A DNA stretch of 64,000 bases, from positions 142,857 to 206,856 of IMG/VR virus record IMGVR_UViG_3300028883_000032; one strand, given 5' to 3'. The notes under the pieces are model-generated. The model worked only from the letters and a program-made list of their open reading frames with translations. It was not told where the DNA came from and did not search any database. Each line of letters begins with the position of its first letter. The first letter of the stretch is position 1. The translations under genes and the position numbers were made by a program. Of the stretch, positions 1-8,382 are shown one piece after another.

Positions 1-114
1 ATATCGTTATTGGAAAGATAAAGACGGTAAAAGAATATCTGAACCCAAAATAACGGTACGTATGGAAATACATAAACCCACAGGAACAACAACAGGATAT
101 TGGAAAAAATACTA

Positions 115-360
115 ATGGAAAACAAATATATAAGTTTGGACATATGTTTAAATACTGGTTTTGAGGGAATGTATAATGGGGTTTATATATTCCCAAATAA
201 CAAGAAGGAAGACAACGCCAGGATCACTCCGGGAAAACTGCTTGGCCCAATACGCTCAACAAGGATATTAACCGTAGATGAGCGAGGAGCAAAAAATTTT
301 ATAAATGTTGCAGTTGAAGTTTTTGGAAAGGAAATATTGCATGGAAGTAGTAATAAATAG
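115..360 (+). CDS. hypothetical protein
   Basis: ORF; ATG at 115 overlaps the TAA of an upstream partial ORF (2-115). Confidence 0.55.
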   Translation: MENKYISLDICLNTGFEGMYNGVYIFPNNKKEDNARITPGKLLGPIRSTRILTVDERGAKNFINVAVEVFGKEILHGSSNK

Positions 361-763
361 ATGCTACGGTGGGTTTGGTCTTTCCCCAGAAGGTGAAAAA
401 TATTTTCTTAAGTTAAAAGGTAATGGATGCTATTTTTATAAAAGAGATTATACATCCAAAGAACCTAAATATGATCGTGTGGATAATGTAGAGAAAGATT
501 TAACATTCACGCTTCTTGTCACATCCACAGCAGATCTTGGAAATACAACAAGAGACATACCACAAAACTTCTATTTTTGTTCTTATCTACTGGAAAGGGA
601 TGACCCAGATTTAGTAAAAACTGTAAGAGAGCTTGGATCAGAAAGAGCCAGCTCAAGTTTAGCAAAATTAAAAATTGTAGAAATACCAGATGGAATTTCA
701 TATGATATACAAGATTACGACGGTATTGAATGGGTAGCGGAGTCCCATCGAACTTGGAACTAA
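341..763 (+). CDS. conserved phage hypothetical protein
   Basis: MEVVINRCYGGFGLS...RDDPDLV...YDGIEWV pattern recalled from phage proteins; start moved to ATG 341. Confidence 0.65.
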   Translation: MEVVINRCYGGFGLSPEGEKYFLKLKGNGCYFYKRDYTSKEPKYDRVDNVEKDLTFTLLVTSTADLGNTTRDIPQNFYFCSYLLERDDPDLVKTVRELGSERASSSLAKLKIVEIPDGISYDIQDYDGIEWVAESHRTWN

Positions 764-775
764 CCAATTAATAAA

Positions 776-997
776 ATGTATACAGAATTTGACGAGGTGA
801 AAACGTCCGAAGTAAAAGTATACCCTGTGAAAGTAAGAGCATATTGTCCTGAATGTGGTGACGAGCTTGATTTTACGGGATACAGCCATGTAAGGCAGTA
901 CACATCACATCAACATCGGTGCCATAAGTGTGAAAAATTGTACTCCCTGCGGCATCGGTACCCAATAATAGCTCACAGGGAAATAGACCAAATTTAA
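776..997 (+). CDS. small zinc-ribbon protein
   Basis: CPECG and CHKC pairs. Confidence 0.6.
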   Translation: MYTEFDEVKTSEVKVYPVKVRAYCPECGDELDFTGYSHVRQYTSHQHRCHKCEKLYSLRHRYPIIAHREIDQI

Positions 998-999
998 AC

Positions 1000-1329
1000 A
1001 TGAATTTTAATGAGTATCAATTTATGGCAACCGACTTAGCCGTATACCCTGATGCGGGGTCTAACTTATATTATCCCGCATTGGGGCTTGCAGGAGAATC
1101 GGGAGAAGTTTGTGAACGAGTAAAAAAACTTATTCGTAATAAAGATGGAGTTATGGATGAGTTTTTCAAAAACGGAATTAAGTTGGAACTTGGTGATGTT
1201 TTGTGGTACATTGCAAACATGGCCAGAGAAATAGGTGTTACCCTTGAAGATGTTGCACAATCAAATATTAACAAGTTAGTTGATCGCAGAAATCGCGGTG
1301 TATTAAAGGGTGAAGGTGAGAATCGATGA
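1000..1329 (+). CDS. mazG: MazG-like nucleotide pyrophosphohydrolase
   Basis: LGLAGESGEV...ELGDVLWY...NINKLVDR all-alpha NTP-PPase motifs. Confidence 0.9.
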   Translation: MNFNEYQFMATDLAVYPDAGSNLYYPALGLAGESGEVCERVKKLIRNKDGVMDEFFKNGIKLELGDVLWYIANMAREIGVTLEDVAQSNINKLVDRRNRGVLKGEGENR

Positions 1330-1589
1330 CGCAGAACGAAAGCGTTCAAAAAGCTCTTGATATAGCAAAAGACGCACTGCGAAAAGCTATGACTGGATAT
1401 ATTGGACAGTACACCGAAGAAGAAACACGGGAATTCCTTAAGCTGCTGTCTGAAAAAATTAAAGAAACTTCGGAAGAGTTAATAAACAACTTGGAAGTAT
1501 TTGGTTCAGTCGAAGTAGAGGCTGATTACGATAAAGAACAGGTAGTCATTACTTACCACATAAAGCTACTAGATGACTTTAAGGAATAA
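1326..1589 (+). CDS. hypothetical protein
   Basis: ORF coupled by ATGA overlap with mazG. Confidence 0.55.
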   Translation: MTQNESVQKALDIAKDALRKAMTGYIGQYTEEETREFLKLLSEKIKETSEELINNLEVFGSVEVEADYDKEQVVITYHIKLLDDFKE

Positions 1590-1593
1590 ACAC

Positions 1594-1983
1594 ATGAAAA
1601 TTGCTGTGGATTTACATGGGACAATTACTCGCTATCCTGAAAAGTTTATGTGGATGATGTCTAGTTGGATAACCGCGGGTGACGAAGTTTTTGTTTTGTC
1701 AGGACCACCAAAAGACGAAGTTCTGGCCGAATTGGAGTCCTTGGGATTTATAAGAGGTATCCACTTCAATCATGTGGTATCCATAGTAGACTACCTCATG
1801 AACGGTAAAAAAGTTCGCATGTGGCAAGATGAGAAGAATAGTTGGTGGTCTGAACCGGAACATTGGTGGTCTGCCAAAGCGGATTTGTGTGAAGAGTTTG
1901 GTGCAGATGTTCTCATCGACGATACCGCGAAATACGCTGAAAAGCTAGACACCAATAGAACCATGTTTTGGTTGGTTATTTAA
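1594..1983 (+). CDS. HAD-superfamily hydrolase-like protein
   Basis: IAVDLHGT motif I, VLSG motif II, conserved K, LIDD motif IV. Confidence 0.7.
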   Translation: MKIAVDLHGTITRYPEKFMWMMSSWITAGDEVFVLSGPPKDEVLAELESLGFIRGIHFNHVVSIVDYLMNGKKVRMWQDEKNSWWSEPEHWWSAKADLCEEFGADVLIDDTAKYAEKLDTNRTMFWLVI

Positions 1984-1995
1984 CCATATAATTTA

Positions 1996-2433
1996 GTGGA
2001 AAAAATAAATATCATTTTTGAGGACAATCTCACCGGGAATGAATATAAGTGCATTGCTTCAGAGTGCAACATTAGCCGCACTAAAGAAATATTTACAGAC
2101 CACTTCGGAGAACACGAAGTATGTGTGCCAGGAAGGACGCTTATATCTGGCAAGATAACAGGTCTTACCAATTTACCAATGGACGGAGTTTTAAACAAAT
2201 CATTTACATGTAATATAAACAACATTGTCCTCCACGACTTATCAATTGTTGAAGTACGTGATGAGACGCGTCTTTATCCTTATGGGTATTCAAGGAACAT
2301 TGAATTTGTTGCGTGTTCTATGGAAACTGTGGACCCAAAACCAGACTCCAAACAAAAAATAAGTATAGATGCGCTCGTAGACCTGTTTAAAACCATAGGA
2401 GTATTTTACCATGATTCGGCAATTCCGGGGTAA
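1996..2433 (+). CDS. hypothetical protein
   Basis: 145-aa ORF in operon, GTG start. Confidence 0.55.
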   Translation: MEKINIIFEDNLTGNEYKCIASECNISRTKEIFTDHFGEHEVCVPGRTLISGKITGLTNLPMDGVLNKSFTCNINNIVLHDLSIVEVRDETRLYPYGYSRNIEFVACSMETVDPKPDSKQKISIDALVDLFKTIGVFYHDSAIPG

Positions 2434-2842
2434 ATACAGCCCCTTTTCAAACTTTTCGTTTCATACTGTTGCTCTTGAAAACATTGTTTTTCCTACAGGT
2501 GAACATGCTTTTCAATGTTATAAGGCAAAAACGGAAGATGGTTTTGATGCTGTGTTGGAGGCACCAACCCCAAGTAATGCAAAGCGCATAGCTCGCCAAA
2601 TTGATATGCGTGACGACTGGGAAGAGGTAAAAGATGAAGTCATGTACAACGTCATTAAGGCAAAGGTAGAACAGCACCGAGATGTTAAGGAACTGTTACT
2701 TTCCACGGGAGACGAAGAAATACAAGAAGGAAATACTTGGGGAGACGAATATTGGGGAGTCTCCTTACCGTCTGGCAGGGGCCGAAACCAACTTGGAAAA
2801 ACGTGGATGCGGGTAAGAAGGGAGTTACAAAATGCCCAATAA
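2411..2842 (+). CDS. NADAR (YbiA-like) family protein
   Basis: FSNF...EHAFQ..K...LLSTGDEEIQEGNTWGDEYWG...GRNQLGKTWMRVR. Confidence 0.92.
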   Translation: MIRQFRGKYSPFSNFSFHTVALENIVFPTGEHAFQCYKAKTEDGFDAVLEAPTPSNAKRIARQIDMRDDWEEVKDEVMYNVIKAKVEQHRDVKELLLSTGDEEIQEGNTWGDEYWGVSLPSGRGRNQLGKTWMRVRRELQNAQ

Positions 2843-3314
2843 AATAACTTGCGCTACCTTCATAATACATGATGGTTCAGTGGGAAAAGAGGTGCTTCTT
2901 GTACAACCTACAGAAAAACCATTTTGGGAACCACCGAAGGGGATTAAGGATGTTGGAGAAAATATAAATGATGCAGCCATGAGAGAAGTTTTTGAGGAAA
3001 CCGGTATCCAACTTCAGCATGACGCATTAATCCATTTAGGAAGATACCCGTATTTAGTGGGAAAGGATATAGCGTTTTTTATGGCTTGTGGCTATAACGA
3101 GCTATTAAGGGCGCAGGAAAGGGTATGTAGAAGCTACTTCTATAAATTTGGAGAAGGGTTCATACCGGAAATCCAAAATTCTGCATGGTTTCAACTTTCC
3201 CAAGTAAAGCATCTTGTCACGGCAAACATGTTAAAAGCCATGAAGTTAATGGCGGAAAGTGTAAAACATCAAAATGAGAAAATTAGTAAGTATACAGAGA
3301 GTTTGGTCAGTTGA
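2832..3314 (+). CDS. NUDIX hydrolase
   Basis: Nudix box PKGIKDVGENINDAAMREVFEETG. Confidence 0.9.
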   Translation: MPNKITCATFIIHDGSVGKEVLLVQPTEKPFWEPPKGIKDVGENINDAAMREVFEETGIQLQHDALIHLGRYPYLVGKDIAFFMACGYNELLRAQERVCRSYFYKFGEGFIPEIQNSAWFQLSQVKHLVTANMLKAMKLMAESVKHQNEKISKYTESLVS

Positions 3315-3375
3315 ACCGATTGAGGGCTCTGACTTTATTGAAAAAATAAAAGTCCTTGGGTGGACTTTAGTGGCT
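3274..3375 (+). CDS. RNA ligase (DRB0094/Rnl5-like) exon 1, not in ORF track
   Basis: Translates MRKLVSIQRVWSVEPIEGSDFIEKIKVLGWTLVA, the typical N-terminus of DRB0094-type ligases; joins exon 2 in frame as GWTLVA|RKGEF. Confidence 0.88.
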
Positions 3376-3532
3376 TAATTCTGGGTCACTTTAAACTCGC
3401 TCAATTGCTGGAAAGCTAAACCGCAGCAAACACCGTGGTAGGCCGATCAGCAGCCAGAGGTTATGGCGACATAGTCAAATGGTTCAGAGACTTATCAAAG
3501 TACTTGGCAGAGGAAATGGTAGAATTGATAGA

Positions 3533-3808
3533 ATGAAAATGAAAACTTATAAACTAAAAGTACAGATTTTTGATAGTAAAAATCGCCCAAAATCAGATTT
3601 AAAGACAATTGCAAAATTTGATTCTAAATATGTATTAGCAAAATATATTGACACTTATAGTAAAGTAAAAAGGCTGACTGTAAATACTGTTCACACCGCA
3701 GATGGTAGCAAAATAATAAAAGGCCCAAAGCTTTTATACTTTGACGAAAATGATAATATACATGAGCTATCTATCGAAGTTCAGGAAGATGGTGGTTGTG
3801 ATGTATAG
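3533..3808 (+). CDS. intron-borne hypothetical protein 1
   Basis: ATG just after the 5' P7.2 arm; basic 91-aa ORF. Confidence 0.55.
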   Translation: MKMKTYKLKVQIFDSKNRPKSDLKTIAKFDSKYVLAKYIDTYSKVKRLTVNTVHTADGSKIIKGPKLLYFDENDNIHELSIEVQEDGGCDV

Positions 3809-4037
3809 TAAATTCATAGTTGTCTTGTTTAAAACAGAATATAGTTTTACTGTGCATGTTAACAAAGACTTTTTTACAGTTAGTTTTGAATGGGAATCTA
3901 AATATATTGATTGCTTCAAAGGGTATGACAATATTGTAGGGGTTGAATTAAATTTTAAGAACAGGTATTTCTCCGCATATTGTCATATAAAAAACAAAAT
4001 TTATAGCTTCACTTTTCCCCAAAATAATGAGGAATAA
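3801..4037 (+). CDS. intron-borne hypothetical protein 2
   Basis: ORF overlapping the previous stop. Confidence 0.45.
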   Translation: MYSKFIVVLFKTEYSFTVHVNKDFFTVSFEWESKYIDCFKGYDNIVGVELNFKNRYFSAYCHIKNKIYSFTFPQNNEE

Positions 4038-4069
4038 GATAGTAACCATAAAACTAACTGGGGTAAAAC

Positions 4070-4498
4070 ATGGCAGAGGAACAGGTGTTTTCTAACATTG
4101 GTAGAAAATGTTTGTTGGTGATCATGGTAATACTGTGCGGTGTTCAATTCGTGTATTCCCAGGATGCCATTAAAGTATCCGAAGATCGCGGCATAACCGC
4201 AGTGCAGTGCCTGTTGGCGTATCATGGGTATTTTACGTTCGCAGAATATGCAACTGGCAAATACAACAAAGTCACCGATTTGGCACTTAAACTCCACCTA
4301 ATAAAAAATGGCATTGATCCCCATGACGAGGTTATATGCCGGAGATTTATATACCAATCTGTCATGAAATACAAAGAATTTGTTGATTCGTCGCTAGTAT
4401 CGACAGCTTTTAAGAAAAGAGTTAACGAAAGTCTGCGAGGGGTTACTCCTTTCAACATCATAAGTGAAGAGTCTATTTGGGTTCTTGAGGAGGATTAA
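4070..4498 (+). CDS. intron-borne exported protein, possible peptidoglycan-binding domain
   Basis: Hydrophobic N-terminal signal/TM; ITAVQCLLAYHGY...GKYNKVTDLAL...NGI resembles PG_binding_1. Confidence 0.5.
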   Translation: MAEEQVFSNIGRKCLLVIMVILCGVQFVYSQDAIKVSEDRGITAVQCLLAYHGYFTFAEYATGKYNKVTDLALKLHLIKNGIDPHDEVICRRFIYQSVMKYKEFVDSSLVSTAFKKRVNESLRGVTPFNIISEESIWVLEED

Positions 4499-4499
4499 A

Positions 4500-4679
4500 G
4501 TGACTCTGGAAGAAAAGTTAAAGTCAGAGACTACGGGGATGCTTCAACAAATACTGTCTTCCATTAAATTCTGCATTCGAAACAACTTGTACTCTTGGAT
4601 TTCTCCAGGGCCTTACGGGTGTCCCACCATGGAGGACTGGTACTTGGAAGTCGAAGCAGAAGTTAATCAGAGGGCCTAG
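4500..4679 (+). CDS. intron-borne hypothetical protein 4
   Basis: GTG start preceded by GAGGAGG. Confidence 0.5.
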   Translation: MTLEEKLKSETTGMLQQILSSIKFCIRNNLYSWISPGPYGCPTMEDWYLEVEAEVNQRA

Positions 4680-4701
4680 CCCTCTTTTAACCAAAAAAAT
4701 C

Positions 4702-4998
4702 ATGAAAGTAAAGCACGAAACAATAATACCTATAGGTTCCCCATTAGTGATGACAGGTTTGCATGAAATCACCGGAGGTCCTTGGGAATGCACAGAAGAA
4801 ACATTTAACTCCGTTGCCCTGCAAATTATAAACAGACAACGCGAGAACTGCGGACTTGAATGTATTGACAAGCTTCCGGTATTAAGGGAAGTTGAAGATA
4901 TTCAAAAGGCTATTATTCCTCATGTGGATAAAAGGTTATTATATGAAGCTGACGGGTTAGTTGTCAGGTTTGATTTTGACTTGGGAAATTGGGAGTAG
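4702..4998 (+). CDS. intron-borne hypothetical protein 5
   Basis: ORF preceded by TAACCA leader motif. Confidence 0.55.
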   Translation: MKVKHETIIPIGSPLVMTGLHEITGGPWECTEETFNSVALQIINRQRENCGLECIDKLPVLREVEDIQKAIIPHVDKRLLYEADGLVVRFDFDLGNWE

Positions 4999-5030
4999 TT
5001 TCACTCATTTTTATTTAACCAAAAAAAGAA

Positions 5031-5411
5031 ATGGCAAAAAAAATAAATACCGAGCCTAGAACCATAACCGTAAAATTAAAAGAAAGTGGAGAAACAGTCC
5101 ACCATATTTTAGAGTGTGGCAGTATTGATGAGTCTATTGACTTTTTACAAGATATTAAAAATAAATATCCTGAAATGTTCAATATAAGAATAGAAATTGA
5201 AAGCGAACCTGATTATTATGACAATGTTTATCAATATGTTAATTTTTATGGATCTAGGCTAGAAACAGCAGACGAAGTTGCTAAAAGAATTGGAATTGAA
5301 GAAGAGGCTGCTCGAAAGATAAGAGACCAAAGAAAAGCTAAAAAGAAAAAAACTGAAGAAGAGCAGCGGGCACTGTATGAAAAACTAAAAGAAAAGTTTG
5401 GGGATAAATAA
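5031..5411 (+). CDS. intron-borne hypothetical protein 6
   Basis: ORF with charged C-terminal helix, TAACCA leader. Confidence 0.6.
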   Translation: MAKKINTEPRTITVKLKESGETVHHILECGSIDESIDFLQDIKNKYPEMFNIRIEIESEPDYYDNVYQYVNFYGSRLETADEVAKRIGIEEEAARKIRDQRKAKKKKTEEEQRALYEKLKEKFGDK

Positions 5412-5602
5412 TGTCAATAGAAATAAGTGATATTGCATTAGATATGATTATAGATAAGAAATTTGTTGGAAAAACATTAAAAGAAGTATTAAAAAGTACA
5501 CCAAAATATGAACACGAACACTTCTTAAAACATCTTGAGTACGCAGAAGAAACAGTTAATAATTGGCCTGAGTGGAAAAAAATGCATATGATGCTACAGT
5601 AG
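5411..5602 (+). CDS. intron-borne hypothetical protein 7
   Basis: TAATG coupling with previous ORF. Confidence 0.5.
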   Translation: MSIEISDIALDMIIDKKFVGKTLKEVLKSTPKYEHEHFLKHLEYAEETVNNWPEWKKMHMMLQ

Positions 5603-5733
5603 AAGAAAAAATATTTACGAAGAATAAATAATGGAAATTATCAATTAACACGGCGAGCTCTCGGTAGGTGCTGCCACACTGGTGACCGAGATGAAGGTAT
5701 AGTCCACGCCTGCATGAAAATGTAGGGTTAGTG

Positions 5734-6714
5734 AGGAAAGGGGAATTCAAAAAAGGTGATTTGTGTGTCTATTGCGAAATAGATTCCATCTTACCAGAAC
5801 GCGAAGAATTTGAATTCCTACGCAGCAAAAAGTTTAGAATAAAAACACAGAAGATTCGTGGGATATTGAGTCAGGGAATAGCTTTTCCCATTTCAGTGTT
5901 GAATAAAGGAAAAAGCGAAGTAATCGTGGAACTGGTATCCAGTGATGATTCCAAAGATCCAGACCCATATATACACGTAGATGACGATTCAGGCCATGGG
6001 TCGGGCTCCACTTTCTTCTTGGGTGACGACGTAACTGCGTATTTAGGGGTAAAAAAGTATGAAGTCCCTATACAGTTTAAACAAGGCCAGTCCGCGGGGA
6101 ACTTCCCAGCTTTTATACATAAAACAGATGAGACCCGCATACAGACCTGTATAGAATGCTTGGAGGAGCTACATGGTAAGCCGTATTACATAACCACAAA
6201 AGTAGATGGAACTTCAGGAACATTTTATAGGAAAGACGACCACTTTGGGGTATGCTCGAGGAATTTCGAGAAAAAAGAAGGACAAAGCGTGTATTGGGAA
6301 GTCGCAAAAAAATACGACCTCAAATCCAAGTTGGAGAACTACGGCAAGGACGTTGCTATACAAGGAGAACTTGCGGGGCCGGGAATTCAAAAGAACAGGC
6401 TTGGGTTGGAAAGCACATCATTGTTTGTATTCAACATACAGGATATTTCGAAAGGTTGCTTTTTATCCTTCAACGAGGTCAAAGACCTTTGTAATGCCCT
6501 AGGTATCAACATGGTTCCCATTCTAGAAGAAGGTGAACACTTCAATTATACTTTTGAGCAACTTTTGGAATTAGCAGAACACAAGTACCTCAATGGGAGT
6601 CATGCCGAAGGTATTGTGATAAGACCACAAGTGGAAGAATATTCTCGTACCTTACACGGTAGGCTATCATTTAAAGTTATCAACAATAAGTTTCTGTTAA
6701 AAGGCGGGGATTAA
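5734..6714 (+). CDS. RNA ligase (DRB0094/Rnl5-like) exon 2
   Basis: KTDETRIQ, motif I TKVDGTS, QGELAGPGIQKN, EGIVIR, SFKVIN; spliced product 360 aa. Confidence 0.9.
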   Translation, partial: RKGEFKKGDLCVYCEIDSILPEREEFEFLRSKKFRIKTQKIRGILSQGIAFPISVLNKGKSEVIVELVSSDDSKDPDPYIHVDDDSGHGSGSTFFLGDDVTAYLGVKKYEVPIQFKQGQSAGNFPAFIHKTDETRIQTCIECLEELHGKPYYITTKVDGTSGTFYRKDDHFGVCSRNFEKKEGQSVYWEVAKKYDLKSKLENYGKDVAIQGELAGPGIQKNRLGLESTSLFVFNIQDISKGCFLSFNEVKDLCNALGINMVPILEEGEHFNYTFEQLLELAEHKYLNGSHAEGIVIRPQVEEYSRTLHGRLSFKVINNKFLLKGGD

Positions 6715-6727
6715 TTGGAATAAGAAC
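6715..6727 (+). promoter_or_regulatory. putative phage-RNAP promoter motif TGGHATAAGA (representative copy)
   Basis: Related copies at about 4031, 7875, 9911, 16926, 17669, 19787, 22349, 22393, 48658, 58853, 63464, all + strand and at gene boundaries. Confidence 0.65.
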
Positions 6728-6844
6728 ACATCCGGGAAGTTTACCGCGTAGCTTTGTGTCCGGGGGTTGCGGAAACTTCCTACTCACTGATATTCTGCCG
6801 TGCGGACAGCGGCAGATGTTTTTTTGTAGTAACCAAAATTTGCC

Positions 6845-7192
6845 ATGTCGCAATATGTATATTTTATAGAAGCGACAGGACTTAATCGAGTTAAAATAGG
6901 CTATGCTACAAATCCAACAAAACGAATAAAGGACCTTGATACCGGAAGTGCGGTAAATTTGGAGTTGTTGGGAGTTGTTCCCGGCTCTTTGGCCAAGGAG
7001 CGCCAACTTCACCAAAAGTTCGCGCAGTATCGCATTAAAGGAGAATGGTTCAATTATAGCGACGAAATAAAGGATTACGTAAAAGAGAATACTTCGTTAG
7101 AGTTGCAACAGCCTAAAAAACCGCAGACATTTAATAAAGCTAATGCTGACATGTTTAAGGCGCTTGTAGCCTTGAGGATTCTCTCATCGTAG
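6845..7192 (+). CDS. T5orf172/MUG113 (GIY-YIG-like) domain protein
   Basis: YVYFI...VKIGYATNPTKRIKDL...ERQLHQKF...GEWF. Confidence 0.85.
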   Translation: MSQYVYFIEATGLNRVKIGYATNPTKRIKDLDTGSAVNLELLGVVPGSLAKERQLHQKFAQYRIKGEWFNYSDEIKDYVKENTSLELQQPKKPQTFNKANADMFKALVALRILSS

Positions 7193-7242
7193 ATCTTTGA
7201 TCTACCGACGAAACGACTAATTTTTTAAACCAATTAGTTGTT

Positions 7243-7845
7243 TTGAGAAAACTACTTATTAAAGGCAATTCAAAGATGGGTAAGCAGGTTTTGATTTTTA
7301 ACTTACCTCCAGGGCCACCTAAAATAGGTGGAACTTGTACCCCATCAAGATTTTGTAATGCTGAGTGTTATGCAAGAAAAGGACAACATAATTTACCAAG
7401 CGTAATAGAGGCGAACAAATGGAGGTTAGATGAATCAAAAAAGCCGACATTTGCAGATAGTGTTATTAATGAACTTAAAGCTTCCACTAAGCCTTACGTA
7501 CGCATTCATGCCTCTGGAGATTTCTATAATGTTAAGTATGTTAATAGTTGGATAAAGATTGCAAAGGCCTGCCCAGAAAAGAAATTTAGGTTTTTTACTA
7601 AAAGAAGGAAAGGTAAAATAAAGGAGGCAATTAAAGAATTGGCCTCTTTAGACAACGTGGTTGGAAGCGAAAGTTTAGATCCGTCTAGACCTAACCCGGA
7701 ACCTGATTTTCTTGACAGAACGGCAATGGTGGTCCCAGTTGGGTTTACCTCAAATATTGAAAAAGTATGTCCTGGAGGGTGTGATGACTGTGGTTATTAT
7801 TGCTGGAACCAGCCTCCAGGGAATTTGAATTTGCCTTGGCATTAA
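7243..7845 (+). CDS. GP88-family Cys-rich (radical-SAM-like) phage protein
   Basis: GNSKM...FNLP...TC....C...CYA...RIHASGDFY and C-terminal CPGGCDDCGYYCW. Confidence 0.75.
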   Translation: MRKLLIKGNSKMGKQVLIFNLPPGPPKIGGTCTPSRFCNAECYARKGQHNLPSVIEANKWRLDESKKPTFADSVINELKASTKPYVRIHASGDFYNVKYVNSWIKIAKACPEKKFRFFTKRRKGKIKEAIKELASLDNVVGSESLDPSRPNPEPDFLDRTAMVVPVGFTSNIEKVCPGGCDDCGYYCWNQPPGNLNLPWH

Positions 7846-7846
7846 T

Positions 7847-7875
7847 TTGACAATTCTTATTCTATGTTGTATATT
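7847..7875 (+). promoter_or_regulatory. sigma70-type promoter upstream of tmRNA
   Basis: TTGACA-17 bp-TATATT; similar promoters at 17254, 20084, 60386, 63314 (+) and about 30494, 48652 (-). Confidence 0.65.
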
Positions 7876-7947
7876 TGGAATAAGAATGTGACTAGGTGGT
7901 ACAGGACCTACCTACCACCGATATCATTTTTGTAGCCACTCCAGTCT

Positions 7948-8310
7948 GGGCTCGACTGGAATCGACGGGTGGATATTGAGAATTGGTTGCGTTACTAGTC
8001 CTGTCAAGGACGATAATCCATGACAATCGATAACTGGCGAAACTCCAGTCCTTAAGGCTGCCTAATCCTTCGGGATTATGCACATAAAAGCCACGTTGAC
8101 CGAATCCGATTCCCGTTAGGGTTCGAATCAACGTCGAAAATACGGGATGCTGTCTTACAGGCCTCGCTATAAGACATAAGATTTAGAGGATGGGTAGGGG
8201 TGATGAAAGTCTGGTGCCTGATCCCCGCCGAGATGAAATATCCAGACTAGGTAACGTAGACGCTAATTCTTGAGCCTCTCCGGACCCGGGTTCGAATCCC
8301 GGCGAGTCCA
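7948..8310 (+). ncRNA. ssrA: tmRNA, tag (A)GETPVLKAA
   Basis: Acceptor GGGCTCG/CGAGTCC-A with G3-U; GGAATCGAC 5' motif; T arm CCGGGTTCGAATCCCGG; ATAACT-GGC resume context, tag ORF 8036-8065 ending AA-stop. Confidence 0.93.
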
Positions 8311-8312
8311 CT

Positions 8313-8340
8313 AAGCCACTATTATTAGTGGCTTTTTTTT
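8313..8340 (+). terminator. intrinsic terminator
   Basis: AGCCACTA-tta-TAGTGGCT followed by T-run. Confidence 0.8.
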
Positions 8341-8382
8341 GTACTATTAACAAACCCTTAAAATAGATTAGGAGTCACAAAC

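Larger units (their letters stand above)
3376..5733 (+). mobile_element. group I (IA-like) intron with ~2.1-kb multi-gene insertion in the P7.2 loop
   Basis: P1 AGTGGCTTA/TGGGTCACT with U-G at splice site; P3 CTCGCT(3396)/GGCGAG(5652); P AATTGCTGGAAA(3403); Q GATCAGCAGCC(3445); R GTTCAGAGACT(3482); P8 TCTCGGT/ACCGAGA; S AAGGTATAGTCC(5694); P9 CCTGCAT-GAAA-ATGTAGG; terminal G5733. Confidence 0.9.

Noticed and set aside
3479-3532. N-terminal extension of ORF 3479-3808
   Set aside because: Overlaps the intron catalytic core (R/P7); ATG 3533 is more plausible
5731-6714. RNA ligase starting at GTG 5731, as in the ORF track
   Set aside because: That GTG is the end of the intron (terminal G5733); the missing family N-terminus is encoded at 3274-3375
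6845-7192. T5orf172 protein as the intron's homing endonuclease
   Set aside because: Lies outside the intron behind a separate promoter and terminator; the family is common in phages; trans-homing cannot be supported from sequence
7892-8131. 79-aa minus-strand ORF
   Set aside because: Antisense to the tmRNA
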